From positions 45,260,001 through 45,324,000 of the forward strand of contig NC_042999.1 of the NCBI RefSeq assembly GCF_006345805.1: 64,000 bases of DNA. Reading direction: 5' to 3'. The stretch comes from Octopus sinensis (taxonomy: Eukaryota). Below the pieces are notes generated by a model, which made no database searches, was not told where the DNA came from, and was given only the letters and a program-made list of their open reading frames with translations. Shown here in pieces: positions 48,752 through 61,764 of this stretch (the stretch's first letter is position 1; every line of letters starts with the position of its first letter). A program made the translations under genes and the position numbers.

Positions 48752-48755
<4 letters not shown>
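48549..48755 (-). mobile_element. PLE pLTR fragment between (TA)n runs
   Basis: Carries a hammerhead motif with the same geometry as 14684-14721. Confidence 0.65.
48639..48673 (-). ncRNA. Minimal type I hammerhead motif with CCGACGA core
   Basis: GTTT-CCGACGA-A-GAA-CTCCG-CTC-GAA-ACGT-T^-AAAC; one A.C mismatch in helix II. Confidence 0.65.
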
Positions 48756-48789
<34 letters not shown>

Positions 48790-48976
48790 TTCGTTTTTGA
48801 ATTTGGTTTGCAAGATTCTTTATGTGAGTTTGTGTGTTGAACACAGTTCCGATAATGGACAGAGACAATGACTATTGAAATGGTTGCAAGATGCAACGAA
48901 AATTTTAGGAAGAATAAATAAGTAAATGAGTGGAAACTTTACTGGTGAGTGTGTTAAATAACAAGGCACTAAAAGA

Positions 48977-49015
<39 letters not shown>

Positions 49016-49728
49016 TATATATATATATATACATATATATTTACATACATACATACATACATATATATATATGTATGACTAACAGAAATAGATTTCCACA
49101 ATTATTTCATGTTTGAGTGGTCAGCAAGTTACCAAGCTTCAGCAAAACCTATCCTACTCATTCTTGCATATAAAAAGAAATAAAAATAATAATTACTGAA
49201 TATGTTTAGTCATAAAGTTAATAACTCAACAAGCTTAAAAGACATTTCATGACAGATTTAATACGTAACATAGTTGTTGAGTCACTGGTTAATATCTGTC
49301 TCCTCTGATCAATTTAGAATAAATATCCTGCACTCGAGAAACTTAATATACTTAATATTCTTTTCTACTCTAGGCACAAAGCCCGAAATTTGGGGGAGAC
49401 TGGGAAGCCAGTCAATTAGATCAACTCTAGTATGAAACTGGTACTTAATTTATCAACCCCCAAAAAGGATGAAACGCAAAGTCGACCGTGGCAGAATTTG
49501 AACTCAGAACGTAAAGACAGATGAACACTTGCCCAAGGTGTGCCATGCAGTGGGACTGAACCCGGAACCACGTGGTTGGTAAGCAAGCTACTTACCACAC
49601 AGCCACTCCTGTGCTTGTAATTTGGTGGTTCAATATAAGAAAATTGCTAGAATAAGTATTAGGCTTTTGAAAAGTAAGTTCTGCGGCTGATATATATATA
49701 ATTAATAATCCTTCACTAATAACTCTGT

Positions 49729-49759
<31 letters not shown>

Positions 49760-50115
49760 AAACAAAGTTATTAGTGAGAGATTATCAATTCAGGCAAAAT
49801 ACTTCATAAACATTCTGTTAATATACCAAGCTAACAATATTGTTTAGATTAGTAAAGGTATAATCAGAAATGACTAACGAAAGTAGCATTAATTTTCTAG
49901 GTCAGTCAATTTTTCTCAACCAATCAGCGGGTCGACTGAGTAAACCTATCAATAATGAACCTATAATAACTACTGGAAACGAGATTAAGTCAAATTTACT
50001 GTGATGAAGAAAAAGATATAATGACCATTATTTATGCCTTGTTTCATATATACATATAAAATACATACATACATACATACATTCATACATTCATACATAC
50101 ATACATACATACATA

Positions 50116-50730
50116 TCTATATATATAAAACTCAACTTGTGTGTCTGTGTGTGCATCTGTCTGTGTGTTTGTGTGTTTAACTTCCCAGCACATCTCCTCC
50201 TAGCCAACAAATCATAGAACCACCAAAAATGGGTCACTTAAAGTTTAGGCAAATGAAAATTGAACTGCGCTATTTCTGTTCCGATTCATCTCGCAAAAAT
50301 CGATAATGTGTTTGTTTAGGCCTTATCCCATGCATTGAATAGTGAACTTTACTCAGTCAGCATGCGTAAATTACATGAAAAATAGAAAATTCAAGATATA
50401 AAAACGAATCGCCGTAAACATTGTAGAAATTCGGCAAAGAAATGAATTTTGGGGATGTAGCCTGGAGGGTTTTTTCATATTAATCGTTTGGACTTTGTGA
50501 ACACATACCAATTGTTTTCATAACATTTTTAACTCTTTGAATTAAATGTGACCATTTTGCATCTGAGTTTGAATCACTTTAACCAAATTTTAGCAGGCCG
50601 GATTTTTGATCATCACGATACGTCGCCAGCGACTCCCTGAAACTCTCCCCTGAAATCCCCGTTGAGAAATCTATATATATAAAACTCAACTTGTGTGTCT
50701 GTGTGTATGTCTGTGTGTTTAACTTTTGAA
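50116..50730 (+). mobile_element. Non-autonomous Helitron-like fragments (two 5' ends, at 50116 and 50670)
   Basis: Both begin A|TCTATATATATAAAACTCAACTTGTGTGTCTGTG; no CTAG 3' end seen. Confidence 0.6.
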
Positions 50731-50775
50731 TCTACCAAGTTTCACTATTAAGGATGGAAAGTAGTGTGTAGCAAA

Positions 50776-51163
50776 TCTATATATATAAAGCTGAAGTTGT
50801 CTGTGTGTGGCAGGTTTGGTAGCCTTCAACTAACACTATCTCCTCCAAGACCCTGCGGCACAAGTTGACCAAAATTCAGAGTATGATAAAAGAAGGCTTG
50901 CTCTTCATTCTGTAGAAGATAAAATTCAAATCGGACCATGTTAACGCCAAAAATTATTTACATCAAAAGGTGCTTTTTTTCTATGAAAATCCCTATTTTT
51001 TACGATTTTTGACTGCTGTGTCACCATTATTTGGTGTATTTCAACTGGAAAAATGTTCACTTGGAGAGAATAACAAGTTGCATAATGCAAAATTTTTACT
51101 TTTCAAAAATTCCAATTCTAAAGGGTCGAAACAAACCCAAGCAACACCGGGTGATACTGCTAG
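50776..51163 (+). mobile_element. Non-autonomous Helitron, both termini intact
   Basis: A|TCTATATATATAAAG 5' end; CCC...CCGGG subterminal element and CTAG|T 3' end; no TSD, A-T target. Confidence 0.85.
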
Positions 51164-51238
51164 TATAAATATATAAATAATATATATATGTATGTATGTA
51201 TGTATGTATACATATATATATAAGTAAAAGTATATATG

Positions 51239-51283
<45 letters not shown>

Positions 51284-51343
51284 ACATGCATACATATATA
51301 TATAGCATATATATATGTATATATATATATAAATATATATATA

Positions 51344-51394
<51 letters not shown>

Positions 51395-52184
51395 GTGTGT
51401 GTGTGTGTATACAAGCATATACAATTAGATAATGGCAGTTGACGGAGAGAATAGTAGACTAAAATTGGAAAAGTAAAACAATTACACTTAGTGAATTGAG
51501 GCATTTAGAGTGGGAAGAATCAAAAAGACAATGTCCTTAACCTGAGCTGTCTTCCAGAACATTCTTCTAATGATAAGGAAGTCTCTGAAGTTTTTTTAAG
51601 CCTGAGGTCATAAGCTCTGTATTACTGTGTTGTGTTGTGTTTCTTCCCTCTTTTTTTTAGAATTCATAAAAGCAATTAATGCATTTTATAATAATTGACT
51701 TGTCTAAATTATAAAACCAAACAAATAAAAGATTAATGAAAACGAAATTAAAAGTAAATATTGTTGTGTAAATAGATAAAAATAATAAGACTTGAATTTA
51801 ATGGAAGAATGAAAAAGAAAACTGCTAGCCAACCAAAAAGCAAATAACGATGATTGAAAAAAAAGAATTTTCTTTCAACGATAATGAAGGAAATTATATA
51901 AATATTTAATAAATAATTAAGGTATAAAATATTAAAATAGAATTATTAGTCGCTTAACAAATTTCCAGATAAATAAATTCTTACTACTTTTATCATAGTA
52001 GAAGATGTTAATTGTAGATCTGTACTTTTCTTTCTTTCTTTTTTCTTCCATCCTTTTTTACTTTCAATCTTTCATTTTATTTTTCAAACTAAAGATAAGA
52101 TATTTGAAATTAAATCACAACTGAAGCTTGTATAAATCTTGAAGTCCACTAGTTCAAATGAGAGCAAAAGATAGATAGACAGAC

Positions 52185-52272
<88 letters not shown>

Positions 52273-52356
52273 CGTTTGGCAGGTAGGTAGGTAGGTAGAG
52301 ATGTTGACAGATAAATAGATAGGTAGATAAATAGACAGGAAGACAAACAGACAAAT

Positions 52357-52443
<87 letters not shown>

Positions 52444-52859
52444 AAGAAAAAGAGAGAAACCCATGGCATAGGGGAATTGAAATTAATTATAAAATAAATA
52501 TGAAATAGATTTCCAAAGATAAAACAAAAGAAGCATATCTTAAGAAGTAATAAAGAATGCACTAATGATTAAAAACAGACTCTTAATGAAGAAATTCAAA
52601 ATGCAGCAGCAGCAGCAGCAACAACAACAACAATATTAATTAATAATAATAATAAAAAAGAAATAAATGAATAAACAAACTTCATGCAAGTAATTGAATA
52701 AAGAGAAACAGTAATATTAAGTTTTAAAGAGAAGGGAAAATAAAAAAATACAGTACAAAGTGATTTTTTTAAAAAAAAAACAGACAACAAAATTTCCATC
52801 TTTCAGAGAAAAATATCTGTGAAATCTTTTCACTGGATAACAGCAAAATTTTATCATTA

Positions 52860-52992
52860 GTGTTATCATTTATTTATTTATTTATTTATTTCTTCTTCTT
52901 CTTCTTCTTCTTCTTCTTCTTCTTCTTCTTCTTCTTCTTCTTCTTCTTCTTTTCTTCTCTTCTTCTTCTTCTTCTTATTCTTATTCTTATTA

Positions 52993-53029
<37 letters not shown>

Positions 53030-53269
53030 TTATTATTATTTTCTCCTTCTTCTTCTCCTTCTTCTTCTTCTTGTATTATTATATTATTATCTCCTTCTTC
53101 TTCTTCTTCGTCTTCTTCTTCTTCTACTACACATCATCCTCACCACCACCACCACCACCACCACGACCATTACTGCAGCTGTTGTTGCCTCTGCTGCTGG
53201 TACTGCCACCGCCACTGCCACCACCACCACCACCACCACCACCACCACCACCACCACCACCACCACCAG

Positions 53270-53319
<50 letters not shown>

Positions 53320-53460
53320 TACACTACTACCACCACCACCACCACCACCACCACCATCACCACCACCACCACCACCACCACCACCGCCGCCACCAACACC
53401 ACTATCACTACAACTGGATATTATTATTATTATGATTTTGTTGTTGTTGTTGTTGTGGTA
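52860..53460. repeat. Compound (TTC)/(TTA)/(CAC)/(CTA) microsatellite
   Basis: Seen directly. Confidence 0.95.
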
Positions 53461-53581
53461 CTAGTTGTGGTTTTCTCTGATATTGTATCATACAAACATT
53501 TTTATCGAATCTTCTGTTATTTGGTAACAGATACTGCTTGCTCAACTTGACTTCAATTTATCATTTATTTATTTATTATTT

Positions 53582-53612
<31 letters not shown>

Positions 53613-53904
53613 TTCTTTACATGCATTTCCATGTGAAATTCAGTTTTCCTTTCATTTTAAATATGGATTACTTTGAATTTAACCTAAATAAGCTATATTT
53701 CTCAAATATCAACTCAGTTACATTTTTAACATTTTACAATAACTAAATAAATGAATAAATAAATATATAAATAAATAAATAAATAAATAAATAAGAAGAG
53801 AAAATGAAATGCCTAAAAACAAAAGAAATTAGGGTTTTTTTTTGTTATTAGATGGGAGGGATAGAAAAGTACCGTTTTTTGATCATAGAAATTCTCGTCA
53901 TCAG

Positions 53905-54460
53905 CATTGCCATTGCCATTGTCATCAATCATAATTGTCATCATCATCATCATCATCATCATCTTCATCATCATCCTCTATCATCATTGTCATTGTCATC
54001 ATCATCATAATCATCATCATTGTCGTTGTCATCCTCAATCATCATCATCATCATCCTCATCCTCATCCTCAATCATCATTGCCATCGTCATTGTCATCAT
54101 CATCATAATCATCATCATCGTTATCATCATCATTGTCATTGTCACTGTCGTCATCATCATTGTCATTGTCACTGTCGTCATCATCATCATCATTATTGAC
54201 ATCATCATAATGAGGATGATGGTTACGATGATTGGCATCATCATTATCGTTACCAACACCAACACCACCATCACCACCACCACCACTACTATCTTCACCA
54301 CCATCACCACCACTACTACCTTTACCACCATCACCACTCTCACCACCACCACTGCCGCCGCCACCGCTACCGCCGCCGCCGCTGCCGCTGCCACCGTCCT
54401 TGCCTGTCCTCCACCTCATCCTTGTCATCTTCATCATCATCACCATCAGTGTCATGATTG
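53905..54460. repeat. Compound (CAT)/(CAC)/(CGC) microsatellite
   Basis: Seen directly. Confidence 0.95.
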
Positions 54461-54989
54461 CTTTCATGCTTGCATTTCCAATGCTAACAGGGTTGGAATA
54501 AGAGTTTTAGAGCCAGCGCTCTATGTGTAGATGCCCCTTAACTGTTTTTAAGCGAAGTATTTCATTCTGCTAGTCTTCACATGTCAGACTGCTAAGTTAT
54601 GGTGCATGCTGCATATGCAGGGCATAATAAACACATACACACATGCAGACATACACACACACACACACACACACATATGTAAGGATAACGTCATAGATTC
54701 AAACCCTAGGATGGGCCACAGAATTTATGTAGAGCAAAACATATCATATCATGCTGTTCCAGTTTACTCTGGTGAAAGTGGGTGCCAAACTATTGCTGAT
54801 GTGCAGTCCTCCATCTTTCCAGTCGCTGCATCCTGACGTTCCACTCGCTCAAGAGTGAGAGACAAGATGATGTCTATGTTTGCGTGCAACTGCATAAGTG
54901 ACTGAATTCGATAACACAAGCATACACATACTATTCGGTTATTGCTGGTTATAAGAGATGGCTATGGTTCACATATATATATATACATA

Positions 54990-55061
<72 letters not shown>

Positions 55062-55243
55062 CATACATATATATATAAATACATATATATATATATATAT
55101 ACACATATATATATATATATACATACATATATATATATATATATGAGTGTGTGTGTGTGTATGTTGGATACATGCCAGTATAGAAAACGGATGCTAAATG
55201 ACGATGATGAAGATAATGATGATCGTAATGCATATACATGTAA

Positions 55244-55282
<39 letters not shown>

Positions 55283-55689
55283 TGTATAAATATTTATATA
55301 CACATACACATATTTATATACACATGCGCACATGTTCACACACAGACACACACACATGAATGTATCCCATACACACACACATACATATCCCATTTAATGC
55401 ATCTACAACTCCATATATCTTTCTTTCACTTTCTACACATATATTCTCTCACTTTCTTCTACTCTTTTACTTCTTTCAGTCATTGAACTGTGGCCATGCT
55501 AGAGCACTGTAGATGTCTGTGGCACAAGTTTATATATATATATATATACATACATACATACATATACATATATATATGTCGATGGCTCAAAACGTAGCAA
55601 GATTTTCTCACCTTCCCAAATGTTAAACTAATACACCTGTTTGTTGTTTATACACCTGTCTTCATCTTTTGTTTTTCTGTAAATTTCAA

Positions 55690-55742
<53 letters not shown>

Positions 55743-55743
<1 letters not shown>

Positions 55744-58590
55744 TGAACATCAGAGGACTGCAAACACTCAGTAACAGGACAAAAATCCCGTTCCTGAGAG
55801 ATTTTGTTGCATGCAATCAAGCCTTATGCATAGCACTAACGGAAACGCACCTGAAACCGGATATAGCAGATGCGGAGTTACACATACCACAGTATGCTGT
55901 ACTACGGACCAACAGGAAAGAAAGGAGTCATGGAGGTGTTGCTATGTATATCCGTGAGGACCTCACACCCCAGGTCCTCTTGTCATACTCAAACTCGGTG
56001 TGTGACACACTAATTGTACATATTAGGCAACTTGATGTAGTTGTGTGTGCTACATATCGCCCTCCAGATGCCCCAAGCCATGTGGGCAAGTTTGAAGACT
56101 GCCTTATAAAAATAGAAGAAGTTCTAACCACATTAGAACAACACATAAGTGTACTTCTTATGGAGACTTCAATCTGCCAAATGTCAGATGGCCCGAGGGC
56201 CTTTCTCTCCCAGGAATGACAAGATGTGAACGAGGACAGGCGAGGTCCCTCCTGAACCTCATGAACACCCTGTACATGGAGCAGGTAATACTCCAACCAA
56301 CCAGGGCAGGTAACACACTGGATCTCTGCTTCACAAATGACATGGATCTCATCCATAATGTGAAAGTGACACCGACACTACTCTCGGATCACAACATGAT
56401 AGAGCTGACCATGTATGGGCCAAAAGAGAGCACGGACATGCAGCCTACAAGAAACCCCCAGAATCTTTCCAGCTTGAACTACCATAAGGCAAACTGGAAA
56501 CAAATTGAGAAAGAGATCCTCAAACAAAACTGCCCTAAATGTCTCTCCTCGCCAGACATCGACGTGAAACTTCAACAATTCATGTCTGTAATGCAAGCCA
56601 TATGCTACAAATATGTCCCAGAGAGAAAGGCCACTGTACACAAGAACAAAATCCCCAGAGAGAGGAAAATTCTAATGAGACGGCGTACAAAATTTTCAAA
56701 TCGCCTAAACAAACAGATTGAAAGCAGTGAAAAGTCCCGCCTAAAAATAAAACTGTTGGAAATCGAAAAATGTCTGAAACTCTCCCATGAAAAGGAAAGA
56801 GCAGACAAAGAAGCCTGGGCTATAGACAACATAAAATCTAACCCCAGAGCTTTCTACAGGTATGCCAAAGAAACAGCTACGGTGCACTGTAGAATAGGGC
56901 CACTCCTCGAAAAGGATGGCACACTTACAGGAAAACCAATGAGGGTAAGTGAAATACTGAATGAGCAATTCAAGAGTGTTTTCACTCCACCCCTTGGGCA
57001 TCTCCAAATCACCAATCCAACTGACTTTTTTACCACTGCAGATATAAAATCAGAGGCGGCGACGATAGATTACATCGATATAAAGGAAGACGATGTAATC
57101 AAGGCTATAGATGAAATGAAAACATACTCAGGTACTGGCCCCGATGGATTCCCGGCAATCCTCCTAAAAGCATGTAAGAGAGTCCTAGCAAGACCACTGC
57201 AGTTCCTCTTTCAGAGCTTCCTTGCAGCTGGCAAACTCCAAGAAAACTGAAGGAAGGTAAAATATGCCCCATTCATAAAGGAGGTAGCAGAGCGGAAGCC
57301 AAGAACTATAGACCTATCTCTCTGACCTCACACATCAGCAAGGTCATGGAACGAATAGTCAGAAGGAAGCTGATCACCTTCCTTGAAGAAAATGACTTGC
57401 TGCCCGACACCCAACATGGTTTCCGACCAGGGAGAAGCTGTTTAACTCAGCTCCTACAACACTATGACTGGGTGCTGAAACGGCTGCTCAACCACTCAAA
57501 TGTGGAAGTGATATATCTCGACTTTGCAAAGGCCTTTGATAAAGTCGATCATGGAATGATATGTCACAAACTGCGTGATCTCAACATAGTTGGAAAACTG
57601 GGAGAATGGCTTCATGACTTTCTGAAAGATAGAAGTCAGGTGGTAGTGGCCAATGGGGCCACTTCCATTAACACGCAAATAGTGAGCGGTGTTCCGCAGG
57701 GCACTGTTCTGGGACCACTACTGTTCATAATGGCCCTCTCAGACATGCCCTCAGCCACGCAGAGAGCCACGATCACAAGTTATGCAGATGATACAAAAGT
57801 TTCACAGGCAATACAGAACCCTGAGGACACTAAACACCTGCAATGTGAGCTAGACAAAATATACAAGTGGGCCGAAAAGAATAGCATGCAGTTCAATGCT
57901 GAAAAGTTTCAAGCTCTATACTATCAGCATGCAAAACTAAATGCAATACCCAATGAATACACTGGACCCGGAGGAATAGCAATCCCAGAGGCACAATCAG
58001 TGCGTGACCTAGGTATTTACATGAGTGATGACGCAATCTTTCGTGTACATGTTGCTAAATTGGCAATAAAATGTAGACGACTGGCCGGATGGATCCTCAG
58101 AACCTTTAGAACAAGAGAACAAGAAACTATGATGGTCCTCTGGAGGACACTTGTCCTAAGCCACTGGAGGGAAGTGTCCTGAACTTTGGCATCGAGAGTT
58201 ACGCAAATGCCAGAACTGGGCGCCACTGCGTGGTGCCTAGGACTCCAAACTTGCCATCAAGATGTAGGACAAGATTCTGTGATAGCCTGGGCTTCCGAGG
58301 CCCACAGCTCTTCAATATCCTCCCGAAGAACCTGAGAGACCTGCATGGGGTGGATACAGATGTCTTTAAAATGAAGCTGGATCTCTTCCAGGTGTCCCAG
58401 ATGAACCAACTTCACGGCAGGAGGGGCAGATGAGGGCAGCTGCATCGAACTCTCTCATGCACCAAATAGCAGCTGCTAGAAAGCCTTCATGAAGTGAAAC
58501 CAAGTAGCAACACCAAATGGCGGTGCCCCAGCATGGCCACAGCTCATAAGCTGAAACTGGAAAAATCAAAATCAAATCAAAATCAAATCA
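55743..58590 (+). mobile_element. CR1-type LINE: APE endonuclease plus reverse transcriptase ORF2 pseudogene and 3' UTR
   Basis: APE motifs LNIRGL, TETHL, YRPP, (G)DFN, LDLCFT, SDHNM; RT motifs NYRPISLT, QHGF, YLDFAKAFDKVDH, GVPQGTVLGPLLF, YADDTK. Single-base frameshifts near 56162 and 57245, a deletion near 58165, and a (CAAAT)n-like tail at 58563-58590. Confidence 0.93.
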
Positions 58591-58605
58591 TATGTAGGCG
58601 CAGGC

Positions 58606-58972
58606 GTGGCTGTTTGGCAAGAAGCCTGTCAACAACATGGTTCCAGATTCAGTTCCACTGTTTAGCACCTTGGGCGAGTGTCTTCTACTGTAGCCTTGCG
58701 CTGACCAAAGCCTTGTGAGTGGATTTCATAGATAGAAACTGAAAGAAGCCCGTTGTATATATATGTATATGCTTGTGAGTCTGTGTTTGGCCTCCCAACA
58801 CTGTTTGACAACTGATGTTGGTGTGTTTATGTCCCTGTAACTTAGCAGTTCAGCAAAGATACTGAAGGAATAAGTACTAGGCTTACAAAGAATAAGTCCT
58901 AGAGTCGATTCATTCAGCTAAAGATGGTGCTCCAGCATGGCTGCAGTCAAATGACTGTAACAAGTAAAAGAA
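58606..58972 (+). mobile_element. SINE family A, full length
   Basis: GGCGCAGGCGTGGCTG head to GTAAAAGAA tail. Confidence 0.88.
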
Positions 58973-59051
58973 TATATATATATGTGTGTGTGTATACATA
59001 TACTATACAGATATATATATATATATAAATGTGTATATATATATAATATAC

Positions 59052-59083
<32 letters not shown>

Positions 59084-59094
59084 TATATATACCT

Positions 59095-59132
<38 letters not shown>

Positions 59133-59199
59133 AACATGTATATATATATATGTAGAACTCTTTCTCTGTACACATGCGCTTGTATACACACACATATAT

Positions 59200-59233
<34 letters not shown>

Positions 59234-59772
59234 CATACATACATGTTAGTTACATTAGTTGTCTGTAATATAATACAATAAAGTATTCCCTGATGAGTTG
59301 TGGTTAAGCGTCCAATTGCTGCTGGAAGATCCGATGCAGACTTCCAAACCACCACAATAGCAACAGCATATACAAAAACAAAAATGATATAAACTTTTGT
59401 TTATAATAATTTCTCCCACATTGCTCAGTGTATCATAACAAACAATACTACCGAGTATAGTAGTATAGTAACTAAACCACTTTACTGGAAGCAATCTTTA
59501 TGATAATGATTTATGTGGACCTCTAAAAGTAACAGTAGAAGTCATGCATTTGCTTGGGCATGCTTGATACACACAGGCACAGACACAGAGACATATTCAC
59601 AGGCACACACACACACGTGTATGTGTGTGTCTGTGAATATATATATATATATGCATAATAATAATAATAATTATAATAATAATAATAATAATGATGATAA
59701 TAAATATAATGAATATAATAATATAAATAATAAATATAATAATAAATGATACATGTGTGTATATATAAATAT

Positions 59773-59806
<34 letters not shown>

Positions 59807-60211
59807 ATATATATATATATATATGAATATGTATATATATGCATGTGTGTGTATGTATATATATATATTGAGTAAGAAAATAGAGATGTAATGGATACAA
59901 ATTAATTTATTAATTAATCAACATATTAACCAACAATTGTTTCATTTCTCAAATAAGAAAAATATTACAAAACATATATAAAAATATACTTTTGCATTTT
60001 AAATACCTTATAAGGAAAATTGTCAGGGTTTTCAAAGGACAATAAGGATACTTTCGGAATATGGATACTTTCAAAATATAATATATTCATTCTCTTAGGA
60101 ATATATATTCATTCTCTTCAAAATTTGATATACTAAACCAGTGTATCTTGGATAAATATCCCTATAAAAGGTTTGAATATCCTCATTGTGACTAATATAT
60201 ACATACATGTG

Positions 60212-60423
60212 TATATATATATACTCTTTTATCTTGTTTCAGTAATTGTACTGTGGCCATGCTGGGGCACTGCCTTGAGAAATTTTTAGTTCCAGTACTT
60301 AATTTTTTTGCTAAACCTGATACTTCTAGTGGTCTCTTTTGCTGAACTGCTAAGTTACAGGGATGTAAACACACTAACAAGCGGGTTGTCAAACAGTAGT
60401 AAGAGACAAAGACACACACAAAG

Positions 60424-60454
<31 letters not shown>

Positions 60455-60722
60455 CAAAGCCACAAAAACACACACAAACACACGCACACACATGCACACG
60501 CAAACACACGCACACACACACAAACACATGCACACGCACACACATGCACACACACACACATACAGAGAAACACATGCATATATAAGACGAGCTTCTAGTT
60601 TCCATCTACTGAATCTACTCTGGCTGGCACAAGGCTAGTAGAAGACACTTGCTCAAGATTCCATGCAGTGGAACTGAACCCAGAACTATGTGGTCAGGAA
60701 GCAAGCTTCTTATCATGCAGTG
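60212..60722 (-). mobile_element. SINE family A with an expanded central (CA)n
   Basis: Tail and head align to 3458-3853. Confidence 0.8.
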
Positions 60723-60744
60723 AGGCCTGTGTGCTTGTCTATCT

Positions 60745-60794
<50 letters not shown>

Positions 60795-60842
60795 GTAGGG
60801 AGAGAGAGAGACAGATACATACATACACACATACATACATAC

Positions 60843-61745
60843 CCAAAGAAGTCACATGACTCTACTGCAACATAAAAGACGAAAGGCTGAGCCTATATGA
60901 GCAGAAGACTATGCATGGATTGTTACTAGAAAGCTCCATGCTGAAAGTAACATCGATCATCAGAGCAGTTTATCATGGACTAATAGCCAGATTACTACCT
61001 CCCACTTTGAAGGGTATGCGTTTGCAATCCTGGAACAGGAAATATCAACCAAGTACCTGATGCACAAAAGGGATAGAGATGCAGGAAAAGCCATAAACTG
61101 TGACAACCAATGCAGACTTTGTGGAGTTCACACTGAAGATATCACCCACATCATAAGCAGTTGTCCAAAAATGTCATCACAATATTATCTACCGATGAGA
61201 CATGATGTTGTAGCTATGACACTATAATGAAATCCATCAGAAGGATAATCCTGAAAACAAAGAAATAAGAACCCACAATATGGTAGAAGCCATAGCCACT
61301 CATAATAAAAAGGAATACTGGTGGAATGACCCAGTGGAAACCTCAATAAAATGTAACCACACCAGACCTGATATAAGGATTTGGGATAGAGAATAGAAAC
61401 TGTTAACATAAGGCTGAAGATCAGTGAAAACCAGAACACCTACGCTGAACTGTTGAGAAATCTTCAGTTACTCTATCCATATTACAAGTTCATGTTTATA
61501 CCTGCAATTATTGAGGCCCTAGGATATGTAACACACTGCTTAAACACTAATATTGAGAAATTATGCTTTTCAAAACCAGAAAGAAGAAACCTAATTCAAA
61601 GACTACAGATCTAATCCATCACTGGAAGTGTAAAAATCTGTAAAACTTTCCAGAAGTTTATCATTTAAAATATATATGAGCATGTCTAGATATGCAACTA
61701 CATGCATGAGAACACATGCATAAAACATACAAATCTGCACTTACA
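60843..61745 (+). mobile_element. R4/Dong-like REL non-LTR retrotransposon family 2, 5'-truncated
   Basis: CRLCGVHTEDITHIISSCPKM...RHDVVA, KEYWWNDPVETSIKCNHTRPDIRIWD, YAELLRNLQLLYP; homologous to 28337-28988 and flanked by (CATA)n. Confidence 0.85.
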
Positions 61746-61764
61746 TATATACATACATACATAC

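Noticed and set aside
52860-54530. Long ORFs of poly-F/L/T/H/I/M/G, and all (IY)n, (CV)n, (HT)n, (YLSI)n ORFs in the track
   Set aside because: Translations of di-, tri- and tetranucleotide microsatellites that lack stop codons by composition.
54823-54897. Ig-like peptide RCILTFHSLKSERQDDVYVC after a good acceptor
   Set aside because: Spacing does not fit D-x-G-x-Y-x-C, the donor sites are weak and there is an in-frame stop just beyond; unique CpG-containing sequence but unsupported.
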